Shown here: in pieces, positions 44,226 through 56,085 of the stretch
How positions within the stretch are numbered: position 1 is the first letter of the stretch
Layout of the letters: each line of letters begins with the position of its first letter
Assembly (NCBI GenBank): GCA_963802485.1
Contig: CAWDJA010000030.1
Location: 30,801-94,800, forward strand
Length of the DNA: 64,000 bases
Direction: 5' to 3'
Source: an uncultured Actinomycetota bacterium
GTDB taxonomy: Bacteria; Actinomycetota; Actinomycetes; Actinomycetales; Microbacteriaceae
Translations under genes and position numbers: made by a program
The notes under the pieces: generated by a model
What the model was told of the DNA's origin: nothing
What the model saw: the letters and a program-made list of their open reading frames with translations, nothing else
The model's database searches: none

Positions 44226-44276
44226 GTTGTGCGGTAGCCGCGAATCCGCCCTGAATCCGATGGCTAGGATCGGTGC

Positions 44277-45329
44277 ATGCCCGCCGCACAGACCTGGCCG
44301 ACCATCATCTCCTCGCTCCTCGACGGCGAAGATCTCAGCGTGTCGGATGCGGCGTGGTGCATGGAGCAGGTGATGACGGGCACCGTCACGCACGCCCAGC
44401 TCGCCGGATTCCTCATCGCGCTCCGCGTGAAGGGGGAGACGGTCGACGAGATCGTGGGCTTCCGCGACGCCGTGCTCGAGCACGCCGTGCCCCTGCCCGT
44501 CGACCCGATGGCGCTCGACATCGTCGGCACGGGCGGCGACCGGTTCGGCACGGTGAACGTGTCGACCATGGCGTCCGTCGTCGCCGCGGCATCCGGTGTG
44601 CCCGTGATCAAGCACGGCAACCGCGCCGCGAGCTCGTCGTCGGGATCATCCGACGTGCTCGCCGCCCTCGGCCTCGACCTCTCGCTCCCCGCGGAACGGG
44701 TGGCGCAGGTGCTCGGCGAGGCCGGCATCACCTTCGCGTTCGCGGGGGCCTTCCACCCCGGCTTCCGGCACGCGGGGCCCGTGCGCGCCGAGCTCGGCGT
44801 GCCGACGGTCTTCAACTTCCTCGGCCCGCTCTGCAACCCGGCCCGCCCCGAGGCCTCCGCGGTCGGCGTCGCGCACCTCGACCGCGTGCCGCTCATCGTC
44901 GGGGTGTTCCAGACGCGTGGCGCCACCGCGCTCGTCTTCCGCGGCGACGACGGACTCGATGAGCTGACGACGACCGGCCACAGCCACATGTGGGAGGTCT
45001 CCCGCGGCACGGTCAAGGAGCACGACCTCGACCCGCGCGAGCTCGGCATCCCGCGCGCGAGCATCGACGACCTCGTCGGGGGCGATGCCGCGCACAATGC
45101 TGCGATCGTGCACGAGGTGTTCGCCGGGGAGCGCGGCGCCGTGCGCGACATCGTGGTGCTGAACGCGGCCGCGGGCCTCGTCGCGTTCGAGCTGGCCAAG
45201 GATCCGAGCCAGTTCCAGCGCGCCGTCCTCGACCGCTTCCGGGACAAGATGGCGGTCGCCGAGGAGGCGATCGACAGCGGCGCGGCCGCACGCAAGCTCG
45301 ACCAGTGGATCTCCGCCACGAAGGCCTGA
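44277..45329 (+). CDS. trpD: Anthranilate phosphoribosyltransferase
   Basis: DIVGTGGD, NVST, KHGNRAASSSSGSSD, FNFLGPL.NP and DGLDE motifs. Confidence 0.96.
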   Translation: MPAAQTWPTIISSLLDGEDLSVSDAAWCMEQVMTGTVTHAQLAGFLIALRVKGETVDEIVGFRDAVLEHAVPLPVDPMALDIVGTGGDRFGTVNVSTMASVVAAASGVPVIKHGNRAASSSSGSSDVLAALGLDLSLPAERVAQVLGEAGITFAFAGAFHPGFRHAGPVRAELGVPTVFNFLGPLCNPARPEASAVGVAHLDRVPLIVGVFQTRGATALVFRGDDGLDELTTTGHSHMWEVSRGTVKEHDLDPRELGIPRASIDDLVGGDAAHNAAIVHEVFAGERGAVRDIVVLNAAAGLVAFELAKDPSQFQRAVLDRFRDKMAVAEEAIDSGAAARKLDQWISATKA

Positions 45330-45392
45330 TCGCGGCATCCGCCGCATCCGCTGCATCCGCTCGGGCGTAGCCCGTCGCCGGCGCCTCGCATG

Positions 45393-45425
45393 CGAACGGC
45401 CCCGCGGATGCCGCGGGGCCGTTCG
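45393..45425. terminator. Hairpin between convergent trpD and glpK
   Basis: CGAACGGCCCCGCGG-atg-CCGCGGGGCCGTTCG. Confidence 0.75.
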
Positions 45426-45436
45426 GGTCGTTCAGG

Positions 45437-46957
45437 TCACCCGTGCGACACGTCGTCGTCGACCCAGTCGAAGGTCTTCGAGACGGCCTTCTTCCACAGC
45501 CGGAGCTGGCGCTCGCGCTCCTCGACGTCCATCTTGGGCTCCCAGCGGGAATCCTCCTGCCAGTTGGCGCGCAGCTCGTCGAGGTCGGACCAGAAGCCGA
45601 CCGCGAGCCCGGCCGCGTACGCGGCGCCGAGCGCCGTGGTCTCCGCCACGACCGGACGCACCACGGGCACGCCGAGGATGTCCGCCTGGAACTGCATGAG
45701 GGTGTTGTTCGCGATCATGCCGCCGTCGACCTTCAGCTCCGTGAGGTCGACGCCCGAGTCGGCGTTGACCGCATCGAGCACCTCCCGGGTCTGGAAGGCC
45801 GTGGCCTCGAGGGCGGCCCGGGCGATGTGGCCCTTGTTCACGTACCGCGTGAGTCCGACGAGCGCGCCGCGCGCGTCGGAGCGCCAGTACGGCGCGAACA
45901 GGCCCGAGAACGCCGGCACGAAGTACGCACCGCCGTTGTCCTCCACGGTCTTCGCGAGCTCCTCCACCTCGGGTGCGCTCGAGATCAGCCCGAGGTTGTC
46001 GCGCAGCCACTGGATCAGCGACCCGGTCACCGCGATCGACCCCTCCAGCGCGTAGTGCGCCGGCTGGTCGCCGAGCTTGTAGCCGAGGGTCGTGAGCAGC
46101 CCGTTCTTCGAGTGCACGATCTCGGTGTCGGTGTTGAAGATCAGGAAGTTGCCCGTGCCGTAGGTGTTCTTCGACTCACCGGCGTCGAACGCCGCCTGGC
46201 CGAAGGTCGCAGCCTGCTGGTCTCCGAGGATGCCGGCGACCGGCACCTCGCGCAGCAGGCTCGACGACTCGACCTCGCCGTAGACCTCGGAGGAGCTCCT
46301 GATGTCGGGCATCATCGAGCGGGGCACGCCGAACGCGGCGAGGATGTCGTCGCGCCAGCTGAGCGTCTCGAGGTCCATGAACATCGTGCGGCTCGCGTTC
46401 GTGACATCCGTCGCGTGCACGCCGCCCTCGGTGCCGCCGGTGAGGTTCCAGAGGACCCACGTGTCGGTGTTGCCGAAGATCAGGTCGCCGGCCTCGGCCC
46501 GCTCGCGGGCACCCTCGACGTTCTCGAGGATCCAGGCGATCTTGGTGCCCGAGAAGTAGGTGGCGAGCGGGAGCCCGACGTCCTGCTTGAACCGCTCGAC
46601 GCCGCCGTCGGCCGCGAGCCGGTCGACGATGGGCTGGGTGCGGGTGTCCTGCCAGACGATCGCGTTGTACACGGGCTCGCCGGTGTTCTTGTCCCACACC
46701 ACCGCGGTCTCGCGCTGGTTCGTGATGCCGACGGCCGCGATGTCGTGCCGGGTGAGGTCGGCCTTGCCGAGCGCGTTCCCGATCACCTCGCGCGTGTTGT
46801 GCCAGATCTCCATCGGGTCGTGCTCGACCCAGCCCGCCTTCGGGAAGATCTGCTCGTGCTCGAGCTGCCCCGACGCGACGATCGACCCCTTCTTGTCGAA
46901 GATGATCGAGCGCGTGCTCGTCGTTCCCTGGTCGATCGCCAGGATGTAGTCGGCCAT
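45437..46957 (-). CDS. glpK: Glycerol kinase
   Basis: [30 protein letters not shown] and KNTYGTG motifs. Confidence 0.97.
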   Translation of the reverse strand: MADYILAIDQGTTSTRSIIFDKKGSIVASGQLEHEQIFPKAGWVEHDPMEIWHNTREVIGNALGKADLTRHDIAAVGITNQRETAVVWDKNTGEPVYNAIVWQDTRTQPIVDRLAADGGVERFKQDVGLPLATYFSGTKIAWILENVEGARERAEAGDLIFGNTDTWVLWNLTGGTEGGVHATDVTNASRTMFMDLETLSWRDDILAAFGVPRSMMPDIRSSSEVYGEVESSSLLREVPVAGILGDQQAATFGQAAFDAGESKNTYGTGNFLIFNTDTEIVHSKNGLLTTLGYKLGDQPAHYALEGSIAVTGSLIQWLRDNLGLISSAPEVEELAKTVEDNGGAYFVPAFSGLFAPYWRSDARGALVGLTRYVNKGHIARAALEATAFQTREVLDAVNADSGVDLTELKVDGGMIANNTLMQFQADILGVPVVRPVVAETTALGAAYAAGLAVGFWSDLDELRANWQEDSRWEPKMDVEERERQLRLWKKAVSKTFDWVDDDVSHG

Positions 46958-47061
46958 GACTTCCTCTCAATTCGTTGCGCCCGTCGACGTCGACGGGTGT
47001 TGGTGTCTCCGGTGCCGGGACGCGAGAGGGGCCGGCCCTGATCGGACCGGCCCGAATCGAG

Positions 47062-47856
47062 TCATCCCATGGCGGTGGCGACCATGTCGCCGAGCGGGAT
47101 CGCGGCGAGACCGGCGAGCACGCCGCCGATGATCGGGCCGACGACCGGCACCCAGGAGTATCCCCAGTCGCTGCTGCCCTTGCCCTTGATGGGAAGGAAG
47201 GCGTGCGCGATGCGGGGTCCGAGGTCACGGGCAGGGTTGATCGCATACCCCGTCGGGCCACCGAGGGAGGCACCGATCCCGACGACCAGGAGGGCCACGG
47301 ACAGCGCACCGAGCGGTCCGAGCCCCGCGGGGACGACGGTGTCGGGGTCGCCCCAGAAGCCGAAGCTGATCACGACGAACACGAGCACGAACGTGCCGAT
47401 GATCTCCGTGATGAGGTTCCACGCGTAGGAGCGGATCGCGGGGCCGGTCGAGAAGACCGCGAGCTTGAGCGCGGGCTCGGGCTCGTCGTCGAAGTGCTGC
47501 TTGTAGGCGAGCCACGCCGCGACGGCACCGATGATCGCGCCGATGAGCTGCGCCCCGATGTAGGTGGAGATCGAAGCCGCGTCGACCGGGATGCCCGGGA
47601 CGAAGTCCGTGCCGCCCTTGCCCAGGATGTTGGTCGCGAGGCCGAGGGTGACCGCCGGGTTGATGTGCGCACCCGACACGACCGACACGATGACACCGGC
47701 GAAGACCGCGAGACCCCAGCCGAAGTTGACCAACAGGAAGCCACCGCCGTTGCCCTTGGTCTTCGCCAGGGCGACGTTGGCGACCACGCCGCAGCCGAGC
47801 AGCAGCAGCATCGCCGTGCCGACCATCTCCGAAACGAATATGACGCCCAGATTCAT
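47062..47856 (-). CDS. glpF: Glycerol uptake facilitator (aquaglyceroporin)
   Basis: SGAHINPAVT and GYAINPARDLGPR motifs. Confidence 0.95.
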   Translation of the reverse strand: MNLGVIFVSEMVGTAMLLLLGCGVVANVALAKTKGNGGGFLLVNFGWGLAVFAGVIVSVVSGAHINPAVTLGLATNILGKGGTDFVPGIPVDAASISTYIGAQLIGAIIGAVAAWLAYKQHFDDEPEPALKLAVFSTGPAIRSYAWNLITEIIGTFVLVFVVISFGFWGDPDTVVPAGLGPLGALSVALLVVGIGASLGGPTGYAINPARDLGPRIAHAFLPIKGKGSSDWGYSWVPVVGPIIGGVLAGLAAIPLGDMVATAMG

Positions 47857-48089
47857 GTCCCGTCCTCTCCGCTGAGTAACGAGCGGCCCACGGCCCCCCG
47901 GATAGCACACACGATACTCAGCAGAGCATCCGCTGGGAATGGCCGCGCTGGTATTGGTGGAGGGTGGTCTCCGATTTCCGGGAAGCTCTTACCCCCGACC
48001 CGCCGTCGGGCGTAGGTTGACTCAGGAGTGCTGCGTCGGCGCCGATGCACGGTCGCGCGGCGTGCGGCAGCCATGGTGAAGGGATGCTC

Positions 48090-49091
<1,002 letters not shown>

Positions 49092-49101
49092 GGAGGCATC
49101 C

Positions 49102-49749
49102 GTGGGTCTGGACATCACCTGGGCGGTGGACTGGGTACGCCTGAGCGCCGACGTGATCGCCGAGCACCGGATCGAGCTCATCACGCTCGACCGCGAGATC
49201 GGCGACGGCGATCACGGTGAGAACATGGATCGCGGCTTCCAGGCCGTGCTCCCGAAGCTCGACGACCTGCCGGCCGGGTCCACCCCGGGCGATGTCCTGA
49301 AGCTCGTCGCGACGACGCTCATCTCGACGGTCGGCGGAGCGGCCGGCCCGCTCTACGGCACCGCGTACCTGAAGGGCGCGGTGGCAGCAGGGTCGGCGGC
49401 GTCGCTCGACGGGCCGGCGATCGCCGCGGTGCTCACGGCGGCCCGCGACGGCATCGTGCTGCGGGGCAAGGCGGAACCGGGCGACAAGACCATGATCGAC
49501 GCGTGGACGCCGGCGGTCGACGCCGCCGACGCCGCCGCGACGAACGGGTCGGATGCCGCTGCCGTGCTCGCCGCGGCGAGCGAGGCCGCGTGGGCCGGCG
49601 CCGAGGCGACCGAACCGCTCGTGGCCCGCAAGGGACGCGCGAGCTACCTGGGCGAACGCTCGGCCGGGCACCGCGACCCCGGCGCCCAGTCGACGGCACT
49701 GCTCCTGCAGGCCGCGGCCGATGCGGCGTCCGCGTCCGCGGGGGCGTGA
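49102..49749 (+). CDS. dhaL: Dihydroxyacetone kinase subunit L
   Basis: LDREIGDGDHG, GDKTMID, GRASYLGERS and DPGA motifs. Confidence 0.95.
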   Translation: MGLDITWAVDWVRLSADVIAEHRIELITLDREIGDGDHGENMDRGFQAVLPKLDDLPAGSTPGDVLKLVATTLISTVGGAAGPLYGTAYLKGAVAAGSAASLDGPAIAAVLTAARDGIVLRGKAEPGDKTMIDAWTPAVDAADAAATNGSDAAAVLAAASEAAWAGAEATEPLVARKGRASYLGERSAGHRDPGAQSTALLLQAAADAASASAGA

Positions 49750-49750
49750 G

Positions 49751-50474
49751 GTGGCGACACCCGGCAAGGTCGGCATCGTCTTCGTCTCGCACTCCGCGCG
49801 GATCGCGGAGGGCCTCGTCGACCTCGCGCGGCAGATGGCGCCGAGCGCGGCGCTGGTCGCGGCGGGTGGCACCGACGACGGGCGCATCGGCACGAGCTTC
49901 GACCTCGTGAGCGCGGGCATCGGCGAGGCGGACGCGGGGGAGGGCGTCGCGGTGCTCTGCGACCTCGGATCCGCGATCCTCACCGCGGAGACCGCGCTCG
50001 ACTTCCTCGACGACGACGTGCGCGCCCGGGTGCGGATCGTCGACGCGCCACTCGTCGAGGGCGGCGTGGCCGCCGCGGTGGCCGCCGAGGCCGGCGACGA
50101 CCTCGAGCAGGTGGTCGCCGCGGCGGAGTCGGCGCGCGGCGGTGCGCCGACAGGGGCGGCGGAGCTCGACGTCGGCGCGGGCGCGTCGTGGCGCGGGGGA
50201 GCGGGCGGCCGCGGCATCCGCTCATTCGCGCAGCGTCACCCTCGTGAACGCCGACGGGCTGCACGCGCGCCCGGCCGCCGAGCTCGTGAAGCTCGCGAGC
50301 ACGTTCCCGCAGAGGGTGACCGTCAACGGCACCGATGCGAAGAGCCTGCTCGCCATCATGTCGCTCGGCCTCACCAAGGGCGCGACCGTGGAGATCGCGA
50401 GCGAGGACCCGGAGGGGCGCGCGGCGGTCGACGCCATCGCCGCGCTGGCGGAGTCGGGGTTCGGCGAGGCCTGA
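49751..50474 (+). CDS. dhaM: DhaM phosphotransferase (EIIA + HPr domains); frameshift near 50220
   Basis: GIVFVSHS, DLGSA and DAPLVEG, then the HPr motifs GLHARPAA and DAKSLL. Confidence 0.88.
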
Positions 50475-50514
50475 AGCCGGCACGGCCGCCCGGACTGCGG
50501 TGGCAGCCGGGAGC

Positions 50515-51282
50515 TCAGTTGCCGCCGGCGACCCGGATGTCGGCACCCGACGTGTACGAGGCATCCGCCGAGAACAGGTAGGCGACGGCGCCTGCGACCT
50601 CGTGCACCTCGCCGGGGCGGCGCATGGGGATGCCGGGGGCGCGCTCGTCGGGCGCGTTCGGCCGCCCCGCCGCCGCGTGGATCTCGGTGCGCGTCGTGCC
50701 GGGCGACACCGTGTTCACGCGCACGCCGACCGGACCGAATTCCTTCGAGGTGCCGGTCGTGAGTGCGTTGAGCGCCGCCTTGCTCATGGAGTAGGGGATG
50801 TACGTGTTCGGCGCGCCGGTCGTGGCCGCGCCCGACGAGATGTTGACGATGCAGCCGCCCGCGCCGCCCCGGTCGGTCGCCATGTGCGCGATCGCGGCGC
50901 GCGTCAGCACGATCGGGCGCGAGCACGTTGACGCGGAACAGGAGCTCGGACTCGTCGATGGATCCGTCGAGGAACCCGCCGATGCGTCCGGTGATGCCCG
51001 CGTTGTTCACGAGCCCCGTGACCGTGCCGAATCGCTCGATCGCGGCCGGCACCACCGCTGGCGGCGGCTTCGAGGTCGGCGAGGTCGACGCGCAGCAGCA
51101 GCACGCGCGCGCCGGATTCCTCGCACGCCCGCACGACCACGGGCGGCGTCCGACTCGCGGTCGCGGTACGTGAGCACCAGGTCGTGACCGTCGGCCGCGA
51201 GCCGCTCGGCGACGGCGGCGCCGATGCCGCGGCTGGCGCCGGTGACGATCGTGACGGGGCGGCTCGGGGCATCCGACTGCAT
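50515..51282 (-). CDS. Short-chain dehydrogenase/reductase; about 3 frameshifts
   Basis: VTGASRGIG, LVNNAGI, YSMSK and VNTVSPG motifs across frames. Confidence 0.85.
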
Positions 51283-51350
51283 GCTCACCAGCCTATGGCG
51301 CGCGAACGCGGGTCTGGCGCGGGCGACGGGAGCGGGCGTACCATCGGGCG

Positions 51351-51709
51351 CATGGCACGCGAGGAGGCGAGCCCGCCAGAGGGCAACTCGTTCACGAGGT
51401 TCTTCGAACGCGTCGACCGGGCACTCGAGCCCGTGTTCGGCGCTCCACCCATGTCCCCCGAAGACGACAGACCCGCGGTGCCGGCCGACCAGCAGACGTG
51501 CCCGATCTGCGGGCACCCGATGTTCGAGCACGTGATCGACCACTCCACCGCCGAACACGGTGCTCGTGTGCCCCACCGACGAACGGCTTCCCGAGCGCGA
51601 CGTGTCGGGTCCGTACAACGAGCTGGGAATGCCCGCGACCGGGCGTCGGCTCGAGAAGTTCGAGGAACGCGAAGAACGCGAGGAACGCGAAGAGGCCGAG
51701 CAGCGCTGA
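51351..51709 (+). CDS. Small hypothetical protein with CPICGH..FEH motif; frameshift near 51550
   Basis: TACCAT -10 suggests a leaderless ATG. CxxC...H...C residues and an EER-repeat tail. Confidence 0.65.
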
Positions 51710-51815
51710 CGTGGAGCTGCCGTTGCGCGGCACGTTCGACCTCGGACCGAACTGACCTCCCGAGTGTCGTCGTATCCGTCGCTCGGCCCGAATCGCGGCA
51801 CGCGTGAATTCGACG

Positions 51816-53974
51816 TCAGGCCGTCGTGAGGATGACGAGCTGCTGCGTGGCGCGGGTCATCGCGACATAGCGGTCGACGGCGCCCTCGATGCCGCTGCCG
51901 TACGCCTGCGGGTCGATGAGCACGACCAGGTCGAACTCGAGCCCCTTCGACAGTTCCGGGGTCAGCCAACGGACGCGCGACGTCGCCCCGAACGCGCCGG
52001 CGTCGATCTCGCCGGTGCCGATGACGCAGGCGATGCCATCGGCATGCGTGGCGAGCCACGTCTCGAGGATCGAGCCCAGGTCCGACGCGGCGCGTGGACC
52101 ACCGGAAGGCCGCTGCTGCGGATGGAGGTCGGCACGTTGGCGTCGGGCAGCGCGGCCCGGATGACCGGCTCGGCTTCCGCCATGACCTCCGCCGGCGTCC
52201 GGTAGTTGATGCCGAGTGAGGCGACCGTGATGCGGTCGAGCCCGATCCGCTCGAGCCGGTCCTGCCACGATTCGGTGAACCCGTGCCGAGCCTGGGCGCG
52301 ATCGCCGACGATGGTGAAGCTCCGAGACGGACAGCGCAGCAGCAGCATCTGCCACTCGGCGTCGGTCAGCTCCTGCGCCTCGTCGACGACGAGGTGCGCG
52401 AACGGGCCCGCGAGCAGGTCGGGGTCGGCGCTGGGAAGTCCGGCCTCGTCGACCAGCGAGTACTGGGCGTCCTCTCCGCGCAGCATCTTCATGACCCCCA
52501 GCTCGGAGTCGTCGGCCGCGATCAGGTCGTCCACGACCCGGTCCATGACCTCGCGTTCGGCCGCGAGGGCGGCGTCACGTCGACGCTGGCGTCGGGATGC
52601 CTCGGGGTCGCCGATCCGCTGACGTGCCGCGTCGAGCAGCGGCAGGTCGGACACCGTCCAAGCACGGGCGTCCTCGCGTTGCAGCGCCGTGACCTCGTCG
52701 GGGCGGAGCCAGGGCGCGCAGTTCCGCAGGTAGGCGGGGACCGACCACAGGTCTCCGACGACGCCGGCCGCGTCGAGCAGCGGCCATGCCCGGTTGAAGG
52801 CCGCGCGCAGCTCCCGATTCTGCTGCAGCGACCTGCGGAGCAGGTCGTCCGCGACCTCCTCGTCCTGGTCCTGCTTGTCCATCAGGATCGTCAGCAGTTC
52901 CTCCCAGACCTGGTCGCGAGCCTCGTTGTGCGGGGTGCCGGGTTCCGGTGCCTCGAACGCCTCGGCCCAGTCATCGGGGTCGAGCCAGATGTCGTCCCAG
53001 TGGGTCTCGACGGTCATCCCCATGGTGGGCGGCTGCTCGTAGAATCCGACGGCCGCCTCGATCGCCTGCACGAGCTCCGCGGAGGACTTCAGGCGCGCCA
53101 CCTCTGGGTCGGTCTCGATCGCGGCCGTCGCCCCCTCGGGCACGAGGTCGCGCAGGGTGCAGGTCTGCACGCCCTCCTCGCCGAGGCCGGGCAGGATGTC
53201 GGCGACGTAGTCGAGGTACGGCCGGCTCGGACCGACGAACAGCACGCCGCCCCGCCGATGGCCGAGGCGAGGATCGGAATAGAGGAGGTAGGCGGTTCGG
53301 TGCAGGGCGACGACGGTCTTCCCGGTGCCCGGTCCGCCGTCGACGACGAGCGCGCCGCGGGATCCCGCGCGGATGATGGCGTCCTGATCGGCCTGGATGG
53401 TGCTGAGCACGTCCCGCATCCGATCGGACCGGCTGCTGCCGAGGCTGGCGATGAAGGCGGAGTCGTCGTCGAGCGCGACGTTCCCGTCGAGACCGTCGGC
53501 GGTGAACACCTCGTCCCAGTAGTCGCTGATGCGACCACGGGTCCAGCGATACCGGCGGCGGCTCACCAGGCCCATCGGGTTGGCGTGGGTCGCGCCGAAG
53601 AACGGCTCGGCGGCGGGGGAGCGCCAGTCGATCAGCAGCCGACGACCCGCAGCGTCCGCGAGGCCGAGTCGACCGATGTACACGGGCTCGGCGTCGTCGG
53701 CGCCGACCATGCGCCCGAGGCACAGGTCCAGGCCGAAGCGACGCAGGGTGCGCAGGCGAGCGCTCAGCCGGCGGGCCTCCAGGTCTCGCTCCACGGCCTC
53801 CTGGCCCAGGCGGGCGGGTGCCTTGCGCACGGCATCGAGACGGTCGGACACGTCGGCGACCGTCTGCTCGAGGTTCCGCGCGATGGCCGCGAAGTGGAGC
53901 TCGTCGCCGGCGATCAGCGCCGGGTCGGCCTTCGAGGCGAGGCGGTGGGGCAGGTCGAACACGCTGGTGATCAG
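51816..53974 (-). CDS. helR: RNA polymerase recycling motor ATPase HelR (rifamycin resistance); frameshift near 52090
   Basis: FDLP..L..KADPALIA.DE.HF, DWRSPAA.PF, GGPGTGKT, VDEAQE, GDRAQ, NYRTP, KGLEFD and YVAMTRAT motifs. RAE upstream. Start may be CTG 53974 or GTG 53962. Confidence 0.9.
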
Positions 53975-54025
53975 GGCTGTTCCTCCGGATGTCGTGGGCT
54001 CGGCCGACCAGTATGCGCCCTGACC

Positions 54026-54046
54026 GGGGCCTTGCGGCAAGGCCCC
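54026..54046. promoter_or_regulatory. Rifamycin-associated element (RAE)
   Basis: GGGGCCTTGC-G-GCAAGGCCCC perfect palindrome about 50 bp upstream of helR. Confidence 0.9.
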
Positions 54047-54182
54047 CTCCGAGCGATATCCTGAAAGTGGAGAGCATGAGTGCTCTCCTTCTTGCTTCCT
54101 TCAGAGAATGAGGGGGAGAGCCGCGCGAACCGGTGACGCGCGGGTGCAGCAGATCCCTCCGACGTCCCAGCCATGGATGGAC

Positions 54183-54761
54183 TCAGCCATGCAGGGTGGG
54201 TCGGTAGATGAGCTCCTGGGTGTTGCCGTCGAGCGTCCGGCTCTCGATCAGCTCGAGGTCGAAGTCGGGCGCACCCTGGAAGATCGGGTCCTCCCCGGTG
54301 CGACCGGTGATCACGGGGAAGATCGTCACCTGGACGCGGTCGACCAGACCGGCGGCCATCAGCGCCCGGTTCAGCGACAGGCTGCCGTGCGAGCGCAACG
54401 GCACCTCGGACTCCTCCTTGAGCCGGGCGACGATGTCGACGGCATCCCCGCTCACGACGGTCGCGTCCGGCCAGTCGAGGGGTTCTTCGAGTGTGGTCGA
54501 CACCACGGTCGCCGGTAGGTTCCTCATCCGGGTGACCCATGGGTCACGCACCTCGGACTCCTCGGTGCTCGAGGCCAGCATCTGCGCGTGCGCGCGATAC
54601 GTGTTGGCCCCGAAGACCATCCGAAGCTCCTGGTCGTACACGGCGAGGCGGTGGTCGAGCAGCTCGGGGCCTTGCTTGCCCCAGTAGCCGCCCCAGTCGC
54701 CGCTGTGGGCGCCGAAGCCGTCGAGGCTGGAGAAGACGTCGAAGGTGTACGTAGCGGTCAT
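54183..54761 (-). CDS. Dihydrofolate reductase-like (RibD C-terminal) protein
   Basis: FSSLDGFG, FGANTY, HGSLSL...L..AGLVD and FPVITG motifs. Confidence 0.85.
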   Translation of the reverse strand: MTATYTFDVFSSLDGFGAHSGDWGGYWGKQGPELLDHRLAVYDQELRMVFGANTYRAHAQMLASSTEESEVRDPWVTRMRNLPATVVSTTLEEPLDWPDATVVSGDAVDIVARLKEESEVPLRSHGSLSLNRALMAAGLVDRVQVTIFPVITGRTGEDPIFQGAPDFDLELIESRTLDGNTQELIYRPTLHG

Positions 54762-54922
54762 GATGCTCTCCTCGAGTGCGATCGATCGGGTGAGTCCTCG
54801 TGGATGGCCGATCACCCTTGCTACGAGCAGGTCCGCCACGATCCGACACCCACGCGTCACGCTCTCCCCGAATCTTCACGTGGCGGTCGGGCTCGCAGAC
54901 GAGCGTCGCTTCGACCAGTCGG

Positions 54923-55420
54923 TCACGGTGATGTCGGGTCGGATGCCGCGGCCGAGGCGGCGTCGAGGCGCTCGAGCGGGCCCGGGCGACCGTGCGGCCT
55001 CGGCGGGGCGTCGAGGTGGCGGACGCGGAGCTCGTCCATGAGGTCCTCGATGAATGCGGGACCCTCGTCGCGCAGAAGTTGCTGCCGGGCCCGAAGCTCG
55101 TCGCTGCCGGGACGCCAGTCGAGGCCCCAGTTGCCCAGGGCGCAGATGATCGGCACCGTCTGGATCCCCGCTTCGGTCAGGCTGAAGCGAGCGCGCTGCC
55201 CCCGGACGACGGCGCCGCCTCGGGTGAGGATCCCTGCGTCGATGAGCCGCTTGAGGCGGTCGGCGAGGATGTTCGAGGCGATGCCCTCGATCGAGCCGGT
55301 GAGCAGTGCCCGGAAGTAGCGGCGGTCGCCGAAGATCACGTCGCGCAGCACGAGCAACGTCCAACGATCTCCGAGCACCTCGACCGCGGCGTTGATCGGA
55401 CACCCGGACCGTGGTTCCAC
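54923..55420 (-). CDS. HxlR-family winged-helix regulator
   Basis: RSGCPINAAVEVLGDRWTLLVLRD and GIASNILADRLK motifs. AAGGAGG RBS. Confidence 0.9.
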   Translation of the reverse strand: MEPRSGCPINAAVEVLGDRWTLLVLRDVIFGDRRYFRALLTGSIEGIASNILADRLKRLIDAGILTRGGAVVRGQRARFSLTEAGIQTVPIICALGNWGLDWRPGSDELRARQQLLRDEGPAFIEDLMDELRVRHLDAPPRPHGRPGPLERLDAASAAASDPTSP

Positions 55421-55452
55421 GATTCCTCCTTGACAGCTCTGTACTGCTCACT

Positions 55453-55479
55453 ATAGTGGTTGCAAAACGCAATCACTAT
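55453..55479. promoter_or_regulatory. Inverted repeat, putative HxlR operator
   Basis: ATAGTGGTTGC-AAAAC-GCAATCACTAT in the divergent intergenic region. Confidence 0.65.
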
Positions 55480-55494
55480 TTGGACGAGGAGCTG

Positions 55495-56085
55495 ATGGGT
55501 CGCTTCGTGTATTCGATGAACGTGTCCCTCGATCTGCGGATCGAGCAGGTTCCGGGGGACAACGGCGCAGGCGAGTGGCTCCGCATCAGCGAGGAACTGC
55601 ACCGCGAGTTCAATGCCCGGACTCAGGCGCTCGCGCTGATCGTCCACGGGCGGGTGTACTACGAGATCATGGAGGAGTACTGGCCACGAGCGCACGAGGA
55701 CGCGTCGGCGCCGGACTTCATACGTGAGTACGGCGAGATCTGGACCGCCAAGCCCAAGGTGCTCGTTTCCCGCACCCGCGAGAGCGCCGATCACAACACC
55801 CGGATCATCGGGGGAGACGACGCGATCGAGCAGCTCGCCGCCCTCCGAGCCGAGACCGACGGCACGATCGGGGTGGGGGGCGCAGCGCTGGCGACGCAGC
55901 TGCTCCGGGCGAGACTGCTCGACGAGCTGCTCCTCGCCACGCATCCCGCGATCCTCGGCTTCGGCAGGCCGCTGTTCGACGATTACGACATTCCGATCGA
56001 ACTCGATCTGCTCGAGCAGCGATCGTTCGAGCAGGGCGTCACGATGCACCGCTACGCCATCCGCGATGTGAGCGAGGCCAGCTGA
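55495..56085 (+). CDS. Dihydrofolate reductase-like (RibD C-terminal) protein
   Basis: YSMNVSLD, GRVYYE.M, K.LVSRT, VGGA.LA, LLDE and P.ILG.GRPLF motifs. Confidence 0.85.
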   Translation: MGRFVYSMNVSLDLRIEQVPGDNGAGEWLRISEELHREFNARTQALALIVHGRVYYEIMEEYWPRAHEDASAPDFIREYGEIWTAKPKVLVSRTRESADHNTRIIGGDDAIEQLAALRAETDGTIGVGGAALATQLLRARLLDELLLATHPAILGFGRPLFDDYDIPIELDLLEQRSFEQGVTMHRYAIRDVSEAS

